Assembly (NCBI GenBank): GCA_023515725.1
Contig: JALDTO010000266.1
Coordinates: 318,707 to 382,706 of the forward strand
Direction of reading: 5' to 3'
DNA length: 64,000 nucleotides
Source: Amoeboaphelidium protococcarum X5
Lineage: Eukaryota > Fungi > Aphelidiomycota
Part shown: piece by piece, positions 51,716 to 62,184 of the stretch
Position numbering within the stretch: position 1 is the first letter of the stretch
Layout of the letters: every line of letters starts with the position of its first letter
The notes under the pieces: model-generated
The model's input: only the letters and a program-made list of their open reading frames with translations
Told to the model about the DNA's origin: nothing
Databases searched by the model: none
Program-made: the position numbers and the translations under genes

Positions 51716-53806
51716 ATGGTCAATTTCACTATGAATATGTATCCTGATGATGATCAGCTTTTACTTAAGGTTGTATTGTATGAACTAGAGGGTGAAAATA
51801 ATGACCGTGTGTAGAGTGACAATGTGAAGGATGTTCTGATACGATACCTGTCAAGTTTTAATGGTGATCCTAGCCACCGTTAATGTTCTTTTAAGGATCT
51901 GAAAAAGTATTTACCGTTTATAAAGGAGAAGGATTTCGAAATGGGAGCACAATAGAGCCTAAATCCAAGATTGAAGTTACTTTTATGGAACGTCCTTGTG
52001 GATAAGTTTGTGACAATCGTCTCGCCAAGATCGAACGCGATCGCTGACGATAAATTGGACGCGCTGAAACAATGGGCAGCTGAATGTATTGGGGAGAAGA
52101 CGATCCATCTGACATCCTTCTCTTATGGCTCTGTGGCGCGCCTCATATCTTGTGTTGACTCTGATGAATTGGATTATTCATTGTTTAAGTAGTGCTTCAT
52201 GGAATAGGATGAAAATTTGTGTCCGTTCTAGATTGATTCTCATGGCTGGTTGAATATATCAAGTAGGGATGAATCTCGTGGTGTGAAGATGTAGAGATTG
52301 AGTATGATTAATGAAGCTTTATAGAAACTCGCTATCCCTCTTCAGGTAGTGCTAGATGAAGATGAAATATTGGAGAATGATGACAAGTTTGTAATTATAC
52401 TTTTATCGTACCTGTACAAGTGTCAAGTACATAAGCAGCATAAAAGTATAGATCAGGCTCTGCTCAAGTCCACCATCATGCTGCAGTCTTTAGTTAGAAT
52501 GAAAATCGTCACTAGAGAGTACAAAAGTATAAAGAAATCCGCTATGATAATATAGAAGTGGTGGAGGCGGTACTTGATAAGGCGAGCTTTGCTTGAGAAT
52601 GCTGCTGTTCAGAGAATGTAATAAGTTCTTAACTACTCTGCAACCGTGATTTAAAAGACTTGGAGAATGTATCAAGTGCAATCCGAATTTGACAAGACTT
52701 TATAGTCGACGTTGTTCATATAAACGCGGTGGAGATACATCAAGAGGAGGTAGCTGATACTTCACTCTAAGCTCCAGATGTTGAAACGTGTCATTGGCAG
52801 TAAAATTATTGAATATCATTGCGTCAAGTATGTAAATAAGCGGCGTGAATAGATACTAAAAGATATCATTTAATCTTGGAGAGAAAGTCGTGCTGCTCAA
52901 GTCATTCAATGGCATTGTAGAAGATATATAACTCTGGTAAGATTACGACGGGAAACTCTAGCGGCAACCAAGATTTAGTCTGTATGGAGGATGCACAATG
53001 AGAGATAGAGATGCCTCTAAGTAATTTAGACTATACGATAACTACAAGTGAAGATTAGAAGTTTCATGTTGAAGCGTAAAGTGGCGGCTCGACTTGTAAG
53101 TGCTCAGTGTAGACGCTTTCTATAAACTAAACGCCAACTTGCATTGCATTAAAGTGCCACCATTGTACAAAAGTTCTGGCGTGGCTACCAAGTTCGCAGC
53201 TATTTATCTCCAGTCTAGTCTGATATCTTACATAGACTGCAAAGATTAGACTCAGAATCAGGTAAAAGTTCTTAAACTCTGGGTGTTAAAGCACAACTGG
53301 CTCTATGCAGAATATCAAAGTGTTAACAACTGACTGGGATGCTTCATGCTTTGCAGTATCTCAACAGGGCCACATCGATCAGTGGTGAGTGCTGCAAGCA
53401 ATTTTTATTGTTCTAACCTAGTGCTGTTGACGTATTACTGAAAGCAATGATGGAATGCAATAGAAGTCCTCCACATTTGCTACTTTTGGATTCTATTGTA
53501 TCCATACTGCACAATGTCAGCTCGCGTAAAGATATCAGACACTCGCTATATCGAAGAGTTGATTTATTTAGTAGTCTGTGCCATGTGATTATAACTTACT
53601 ATAATCAGCAATTTGCGATCCAAGGTTGCCAGATTCTGGAAGTATACGGCAACTTTCCATATGAAGTGGCTCAAATTAGGTAAAATGAGCATAAACGTAT
53701 CCTGTAGTTGTAGTAAACGTGCAAAATGTTGCAAAAGAGAAAAAGATAGCAAGTTATGGAAGTGGTTATCAGTATACAGAAAGTTCTAAAGATATTTAAA
53801 CCATGA
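51716..53806 (+). CDS. ASPM: Abnormal spindle (ASPM/Asp)-like protein: CH-like domain, IQ repeats, C-terminal ARM-like domain
   Basis: LKQWA...DDKFVIILLSYL; IQ repeats IIQKWWRRY, VIQWHCRRY, KIQSVWRMH, IVQKFWRGYQVR; C-terminal ECNRSPPH...ILHNV; ~697 codons, start uncertain. Confidence 0.75.
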
Positions 53807-53840
53807 ACTAATAGTAATAAACATTGTTATGACAGATGCT

Positions 53841-55418
53841 TCAATCCTATGGCGTAATTGCAAAGTTTCTCTTTTACAACTCCAACTTTAGCATAGTAAG
53901 TCTGTGGCATTGCTCAAATTGATCCATAACATCTCCCCTGAGAGACTAATTTTCATTCAATACACCATCACCACAATCTGGATTACATTTGTATAATACA
54001 CCGGAAGGCTCATCAATCTTGTATCCTCTCAATTTTTAGTTATGAATCAATTCCCACAACAGCTGCAGTATCGGATCCAATCCATCGCTGCCAGGCATGA
54101 ATAAATGCCAAAGACTATCCAACTTGACTTTACTACATTACTCAACGTACAGCACCAGAAGAGACTCTTTCAACCTCTGCTATATGACTCCCATGAGTTA
54201 ACAAAGATATAAATCGCATTTGATTCGGAAACTCAGTTGCTTGTCAAATAAATCCATCGCCTATTACACTTTAAACTCATAGCATAGCTCCACCAGTTCA
54301 ATTAAAGCCGGCTCAGCATCCAAGAACATCTTCACAGTCTGATTCTCTAATATATTTAACTTCCACTCCTGTCGTCCACATGTAATCAGAGTCAAGATGA
54401 CCACATAGAGGCCAATGTCTTGGTAAGATACAGTAGGAGCATATTAAGAGTCCAGATTGACCACGGAGGCTTCATTCGACTTATTTCGATTGACTGAACC
54501 ACCACTAGCACTCCTCTTTAAACTGACTTCATCACTAGGAGCAGTAATAGACATATTGTGGCTCTGCATAAAGGATAATAGTTCTTGTAGAATGGACAGT
54601 GACTTTGTAAACTCTCCCTATCCCAGATGGGATATAGCTTTAACCGCCATGCAATTAACGCGCATCTTCAGCACTTTATCATCTCCCATAGCAGATTGGT
54701 CACCACTGCTACTATTAAGGTTACTATTCATATTAGTATCCTTCTCTAAGAGCTACTCCAAATTCTATGCATAGCTAGAACTCAAATCATAACATCTTCC
54801 CTCCAATGCAAGGAACATTACATACATATAGCACTCTAATACTTTATTCATCGAGGTGCAATACTCCTTGGCTTTAATATAACACTTGATCACATCCAAC
54901 AACGATGCTCCATCAGTAAAGTCACTATCGCTACCACTATCCAGTAGGATATCGCCGCCTAAGTTGAGTTGAGGATAGTGCAACTTCTAGCCACCACCAA
55001 TAGCAGCACTTCCGTCCTCAATATACCGGAGACAGTTAGATAGCAGATGCTGTGCCAAGTCAACATATCCCATCCTGATAGACTCTTTGATGAGATTCTG
55101 ACGATACTGAGCCAAATCTTGACGCAACTTCATTGTGGCTTCAATGCGACGACTGTGATGTGTTTACGCATGCTTCAATTATAAAGAATCATCATTAGCA
55201 ACACCATCAGCTTGCTAATACTATTTAACCAGCGATTTGTATTCAGAATACAACTTTTCATATTCAATATAATTATCCTCCCGCTACAACTCGTCCAACA
55301 CGATCCATAAAGCGGTGCACTTGTCACCTGGTAACTCACAGACTTGCGCAATATGTAGGAATCTCCAAACTTTAGCAGTTCCTTGATACAACTCTGCGTA
55401 CTATTTAATATCAAACAT
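53841..55418 (-). CDS. CSN1: COP9 signalosome subunit 1
   Basis: FDIKQYAELYQG...RFLHIA, DLAQYRQNLIKESIRMGY, AKEYCTS, DIGLYV, C-terminal PCI-like region (LIHNQKLRGYKID); 526 codons. Confidence 0.85.
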
Positions 55419-56109
55419 TTTCCAAATACACCAAATATAAGAGACTTAAAAGTATGCCGACGATAATGAGAATGCTGGTTGGTTGAGTACACGTAGCTGA
55501 GTGTAAGAACTCACCTTAAAGGAACAACAACGCGACGAGAAAAGAGACGCGCGTTCAGACTTTACTACAAAGACTGAATAATCACAATGAGTGAGAGACG
55601 ATATTGGAAAGTTGAGAAAAATAAGAAAAAGGTCATATCATCTTATCTACCATTCAAGATCAAAGGTCTCGTGAAGATTAAACAATATTCAAGTCTTGAG
55701 ATACAGTGCAAAGTTCACATTGCGATTGCGATCATCCATGTGCAATCGCAATGTAACCTTAGCGTGTACTTGATCTCGAGTAAGGGGTTACATTTTAGCA
55801 TCGGTTAGAGTTGCAGTTACGCGGTTCATCGGCAGCAGAGCACACACGATTTTTCACTCAATTTGCCCCTCTTCACCATTTCTCTTTCCCTCGATTTTTA
55901 ACAATTACAGCATTTATAAAATAGTCCCCGGAGCACGCGCGTTTTACTGCCGTCATACTCATAATCATCCTTGAATTCTCTACTTTTAGAAGAGTGATAT
56001 ACACTTCTTTTACTACTATTGCTATTCGCTCGTATAGATATCGACGTTTCTTACTTATAATCTGATATTCTGAAATCCTCTCATCTAATTTGGTCATATA
56101 TATTTTATA

Positions 56110-57399
56110 ATGAATTCAAGCGATTAAATGCTCCTGGTCTCGCCACCTCTTACTATTGAAGATTCACGTTCGCCTCCTTAGCTAATAGTCGGCGGCAGCA
56201 ATGATGACCGTGGCGCTGCTGATGGCGATAATGCTGATGGCTCCTCTCTACGCGGTGATAACGATGATGGGAATATTGATGACGACTCCCATCTTCAGAT
56301 TGATTAGAATTTCTGTAAAGATTTCACATGTTGTGGCGAGAAGCTCAAGACAATGCACGATTTATTGGAGCATTACGAGACGGTACACGTTGTAGTGCGC
56401 GAAGCCGTGGTTAATTAACAAGATCAGTAGGCATTGAATGGCAAATCATGCTCCGATATTGTAGCTGCTGGAGCATTGAAGAGCTTGTCATAGCAGTCTG
56501 CATCCGCGTCTGCAACTAATAGTAATAGTGTCATGACTAGCTCATCTTCTTCTTCATCATCATCATCTGGATCTTCTGAAGAAGAATCTGGTGATGAGCA
56601 ACAGTCTAATCCTTTTGGCACTCCCCTGATGCCTCCTCTTACTTCATCTGGCGGTAGATGGAGATACAATTCTCATCATCAAGATATGCCAAATAACACC
56701 AACTCTGCGTATGGAATGACGATATTCACGCCTCAGTCTGTATCGCTAGATAGTGCCATGCCGGCTGGATATGAAGTGCCTAATGGTGTACACGTCTTTG
56801 ATGAGCCTAATGTGATGACTGTAGCACCTTCGATGCTGAGTGGTCCATCTGATGATGAAAACTTTGATAATACCGCGTCTACTATTCTTAAACATCATCT
56901 CCCGCAAATGTACCAATAATAGAGTGGTAGTCCTTAATCTGGTATGTAGATGGCATTGGATCCGACACAGAGCTACATTGAAGAGGCGTATTAGTCATAC
57001 ATCGGTCAACTGAAAGTTAAGCACAGCTCAAAGCGCGCTGAACGCAAGGCTCTTAGAGGACACGCCGAGACGGTGCCGAAGAAGTTTGATTGTCTCGTAC
57101 CTGGTTGTGATAAAGTCTACCGAAATTAGAATGGTCTCAAGTATCACATTATGCATTCACACACTCAGAAGGAGCGATAGCTCGTGGAGATGCTACAGAA
57201 GGCCATTAAGGAAGATCCCGCAGAGAAGCCGTACGCGTGCCACGTTGAAGGCTGCGACAAGAGATATAGAAACACTAATGGGCTCAAGTATCATCTCATA
57301 AATGGTCATCCAGACTTGGGCAATTTGCACTATATGATGCCAAGAATAAAGCAAGAGCTGGCGTTTTAGTAGTAGCACGAGTAATCGTTCAATCCTTGA
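56110..57399 (+). CDS. SFP1: Sfp1/JAZF1-like split zinc-finger transcription factor
   Basis: FCKDFTCCGEKLKTMHDLLEHYETVH; CLVPGCDKVYRN(TAG)NGLKYH; KPYACHVEGCDKRYRNTNGLKYH; 430 codons. Confidence 0.88.
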
Positions 57400-57596
57400 T
57401 TGTGGGAACATTTGTGATCATATACCAGATAGACTATCGCGATCGCCATTTATCCAATACGATAGAGTAATGATAATACTTTAAATATAATAGAATGATT
57501 CATTGCATACAGTAATTGTCAAGTTTGTTTGGAAGGGTTTTTTTTTGAGCGATAACTTCTCGACTAACGTTTTGTTGACTGATAGATACACATTTA

Positions 57597-58010
57597 ATGC
57601 TACTGATTATGATTTCTAAGAGAAGATTTTTAAAGAGAAAGTAAATATAAATGGACGCCCAAGTACCGCAATGAAATAAAATATCTGCAGTTTATTAGTA
57701 TGGCAGCATCATATACATTGAAAATAGTCGACGATAGATTTATATTACTTGCCCGTTGATTTTTCAAGTTTCAGCACCGAATTAGATTATATCTCGAAGT
57801 ACCTAGGTACTATAGATTTCTAAAACAGGATACTTACAAATGAGACTATTCAGAAGCATAAAGAGGCTTTATAGAAATTGGAATGTATGTAACATACTTT
57901 AATATATTCTAAACATGAGGCACGTACGAGTGATACTGCATTTACAAGATGTCATTAAGTAGTAGTAAAATTCGGCGACCTATTCTAAGCCACTTCGGTT
58001 GAGATGGTGA
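57597..58010 (+). CDS. Possible small spliced protein with presequence-like N-terminus
   Basis: Two putative GT-AG introns (~57641-57768, ~57885-57948) give MLLIMISKRRFLKRNFSTELDYISKYLGTIDFQNRILTNETIQKHKEALQKLEYVIKQQQNSATYSKPLRLRW. Model is speculative. Confidence 0.3.
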
Positions 58011-58035
58011 ACTTCAAATCTAACAATCAATGTAA

Positions 58036-58437
58036 TCAAAACGAATCATCAGAACTAAACATCTAAATATAAGTGACTGTAGCAGCGTATATACAAACTC
58101 CGCCAGCTATAGAGAGCCCCATGGCTTGATTTGATATAATGAAAGCGTGAGCGAGAACGATGGGCAATGCAATTCCACTGACGACAAAGAAGCTTGTGGC
58201 AAAGTGCCCGAAATCAGCCTTGCCACCGCTGCTACCAGAGTCGAGCATAAGATCATCGCCATTGCAGCAACAACATCCCCTTGAAGCGATAAGATTAGGA
58301 ATAGGAGCTGCCACATATGCAATCAATGAGAAGAACGGCCACCAATTATTTTCCAATGCACATGCTAGAATTAGTAAAAGCAGTCCTGTGGCAAGAGCGA
58401 ATGCTAATCCGATTATTGATCCAATTCCAGCAGACAT
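58036..58437 (-). CDS. VPS55: Vacuolar protein sorting protein 55 (OB-RGRP family)
   Basis: IIGLAFALATGLLLLILACALENNWWP, APIPNLI, DFGHFATSFFVVSGIALPIVLAHA; 134 codons. Confidence 0.95.
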
Positions 58438-58703
58438 TTAATTTTAATTATTGGTTCTAATGATAATTTGTCCAAACTAAAAAAGATTTTATAGTAGCAA
58501 TTTATAAAAGCAAATTGTGATCAATGATAAAACGGATCAGCGCATTGAATGGAGCGATTGATTAATAGAAGTAGTTGTCAAGGAAAAGCATCTTCAGAAA
58601 GTTGTAGTCAAGCTAGGTCCCGATTGGTATAGCTTGAAAATACCATAACAAGTGAATGAAGAGAGAGAGAGAGAGTAATATATCATGAACGTACTAGATA
58701 AAG

Positions 58704-60443
58704 TCATTGGTCACTCTGCGATTGTATCTATGAGGAGGAAGAAGTGTCCAAGATTTAAAGCATATGACGCGTCTTCTCAATGCTCTTGTCCAGCTCTAGT
58801 TTCGCAGACTCCATCACCTTGAGCCGTTCAATAAGACCTTATTTAGAAGAGGAGAGAAGCAATTCCAAATCTTATTCACTATTTTTCTCCAAGTCGGCAT
58901 AATCTGCAGGAAGTTGACTGCTGCTTTACTACTACAAATCTTTAATAGGACGCAACTTAACTCTTCCATAGTTTATCGTACCGTCAGCCTCGACTACAAA
59001 CATTGATTCAAACCGAGCATTTCTCTAACTATTAATAGAGCTTCCTTAGATCGGCGATGTACCGGAAGACTATAAATTTGAAGCAATATTTGGCATCTAT
59101 GCAGGAATATTTTGCCTCTAATAATCCTCGCCATTATTCAAGGGAACTGGCTAAGCGGGCACATTGCGATTATTATGAACAGTATTGTTATTATGATTAG
59201 CATCAAATACAGAGCGGCGACAAGTTGGACAACTCTGCTACCGTTCAAGCCATCCACGGAGACATTTAAAATGGAACATATGACCACATCCAAGTTTTTT
59301 GGCTTTAAATGCCTTATTATTAAATCTACGCCGCCGCATACCATTAGCCATCTACTATAGTCTTTAATCATTTGAATCCAGTATATCCAGCAAAGTAATC
59401 TCTTCTCTACAAATTGTACACACTACGCCATCTTAATTCTAATCAATATCCGCTGGCTATACATCTACCAATCGATGGTTCATGTCATGAAGTGCACGTC
59501 TAAACTTTATCAAATCTCCAACTTTCGTAGTAAAAGACTTTACAGTAAGATACAAGTCTCTAATTATGTGAATAGGAAGACCATAGTGTACAGTAATGAT
59601 AGAAAAGAATACAAAATACGCCACCAACTTCCACAAATCTACAGCCAGTTCAACATAGAAGATGGCTTGACTCTTCTCCTCCCATACATCATCCTCATAA
59701 TCTTCGTCGTCATCTTCATCTAATAGATTATTATTGTTATTTACGTTACCATAAGGCGGCTGTTATTCTAAGACTTGCGGAAACTAATACTACAATCTCT
59801 AATTATAATAACGCTACAGATATTTTCTACCAATGGCATCATAAAGCAAAATTAAAAACTTTCCACTAACAGCACAAAGACTGAGGAACATCAAAAAGAA
59901 TTCAAACCCAAAAAGCATTGAAATATTAGGCCCATTAGACTGGTAAGAATAGACAGAGTATAGTACAGAGAGCACATCCATTAGATAGAGAAGTGAGAAC
60001 AAAGACAAAGTCCTTACGATCAATCTTCCTGGTTTGTTGGATGGCGACAACTAACTCAACTAATCCATCATATCCACTCTATCACCAAGTACCCAATGAA
60101 GACACTTGACCAGTAGCAGAGATGAAAACCATACAACAAAAGATGCTCCAATCTCATCTCTGAATATGGTCATTGCCAGAGCAGTCTCACTCACTGCAAA
60201 CCAGCCTCGCTCATACAAATGTTCACTCTCAATCAATCGCAACTGGCCAAAGAATATCCACATCAGCACTTTACCCAGCCATATATTGCAAAGTATATAG
60301 AAATTCAACAACACAGTAAGACTGACATTCGACTTGGATAGGTGAATAGCGGCAGAATAGAACTATTGGTGCTGATTCCATGCATTGAACGTCACTATAC
60401 CTACTGCAGCCACAGACACTGCCGAATACGTTACAAGCTTCAT
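58704..60443 (-). CDS. HRD1: ERAD E3 ubiquitin ligase Hrd1/synoviolin
   Basis: IFFGQLRLIESEHLYERGWFAVSETALAMTIFRDE, LFGFEF, RING-H2 CTICREE...CGHMFHFKCLRGWLER(TAG)QSCPTCR; 580 codons. Confidence 0.96.
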
Positions 60444-60592
60444 AATATCAGAATACGAAGTGATATTCTCCAAGATCAAGTTATGAAAATGACAACGACG
60501 GTGGTGATAATGAAAGTTTTTATCCAAAATGATTACAGTTAGTAGTAGAAATAATTATACAATTGGCCGTTTTTGCTTGAAGGCACAGAAGA

Positions 60593-60855
60593 AAAGAGAT
60601 TTGCTCAGAAAGAGATCAACTCAGAAAGAGATTTACTCTCAGAAAGAGTTTTGCTCAGAAAGAGTTTTGCTCAGAAAGAGATTTACTCAGAAAGACATTT
60701 ACTCATAAAGAGGTTTTTACTCAGAAAGAGTTTTGCTCATAAAGAGATTTACTCCAGAAAGAGATTTACTCATAAAGAGATTTACTCAGAAAGAGGTTTG
60801 CTCAGAAAGAGATTTACTCAGAAAGAGGTTTGCTCAGAAAGAGATTTACTCTCTT
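60593..60855. repeat. Tandem array of about 16 copies of a ~16-bp unit, consensus AAAGAGATTTACTCAG
   Basis: Units read directly, e.g. aaagagatttgctcag, aaagagttttgctcag, aaagagatttactcag, aaagaggtttgctcag, aaagagatttactcat. Confidence 0.95.
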
Positions 60856-62114
60856 ATAGTTTCAACTACTGTATGTGATTGCACTATAATAGTTTTGCTC
60901 TTTTTGAGGCTGAGTTCTATTTCTTTTTTAAAAGATTGTTCAATTTCTGACAAAGATAATTAGAATTCGCAGCAATCTGTTGGAAGTGATGTCCAGAGCG
61001 TCTGCCCCTGAACCGAAGCGGAAACGTTTTTTTCAAAAAGATCAGGACGCCACTCTCATTGACTTTGATCCTTGAATGATAGACATCAGCCACGCGGCGA
61101 ATACAATTAATATTTCTTTGTTTCACTTCATTGATATATTTCTACACAATCTTACATCCGCACGAGTTCTGAGATATGAAGATGCGCTGTTTGTTTTTTT
61201 ATGTTAAGTAAAGAAATAAGTGATAATTATTCCCTAGTTAGCAATTATATTATTAGAATGCTTCTGAAAATTGTTGAGCTGAAACCGTGTTGACGCGTTT
61301 CAGTCCCTCTCTTGCTCTCTTTATCACACAAGTGTTGATTCAACTGTAAATATACTTGTTATATCTCATATTCACTTCACTCTCTTATATTATTCTAAAC
61401 AGAAATGACCTCAACTTTTACAAGTATGAACGCTTAAAAGATGGCGATAAAAAGTGGCTGGCGTAGCGTGACGTCAAGTTCTACACTTTAAGTGAAAATT
61501 ATGACAAACGTGGCAGAATCAGAAAATACATTTCATACAGTCAAGGTTGGTAGGCTATGCGTTTTGGCAAAGTATCGACAGTGGCAACAAAACTTCCGTT
61601 AATGAATGCTCGAACTTGCCTGTTTAGAAACGCAAGTCTTCGTGCTGATGCGAGCCGTTTGTGTTTTATTGTAGCGACGAATCGATGAAGTGAAATTACA
61701 GTTCGTTTCAGTAAAATGTCCGATCACGGAAAAGGGTTTTGGGCACAAAAAATAATGACAAAGTTTTAAGCACGATACTTCCCTACAACAGATAGTATTA
61801 GAACTCGTAATGCGAAGCATACGTGTAATTTGAACAATTATAAGTAACTTATGTGACGTCTGTTTAGATAATGCCGCAAAGTTCTCTATTTCATTCTCCA
61901 GTGATGGAAAGTGCCAATTTCAAATCCATCGATTTTAGATTTAAGTAATCAAGTGATGGATTATAGTAATAAGAATACTTTTCCTATATATTATGTAGTT
62001 TTTGACTTTAGAAATTTTCAAACAGTGCCAAGTAATGAAATTCAATTTCATCGTTACTAAAAGCGGCTCTTACAGCGGCTAGCAAACTCCAATTACTGAC
62101 TTGTTGAAAAGGCC

Positions 62115-62121
62115 TATAAAA
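62115..62121 (+). promoter_or_regulatory. Candidate TATA box of the Fanzor ORF
   Basis: TATAAAA 70 nt upstream of ATG 62185, followed by a pyrimidine-rich tract. Confidence 0.4.
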
Positions 62122-62184
62122 GCGCCAGACAGTTCACTATTTCTTCTTCCTCTTTCTTATCTAACTTCTCATAGATAAGAAGAT

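Noticed and set aside
60593-60855. CRISPR array or telomeric repeat
   Set aside because: No unique spacers, no cas genes, no G-rich telomere-like strand, and it is internal to the sequence.
60573-60963. ORF-track peptides with repeated 'QKEIYSER' units
   Set aside because: They are translations of the 16-bp DNA repeat; the unit is not a multiple of three and has indels.
60917-61820. Short ORFs upstream of the Fanzor as a transposase
   Set aside because: No catalytic motif recognised; long open frames arise easily by chance when only TGA is a stop.
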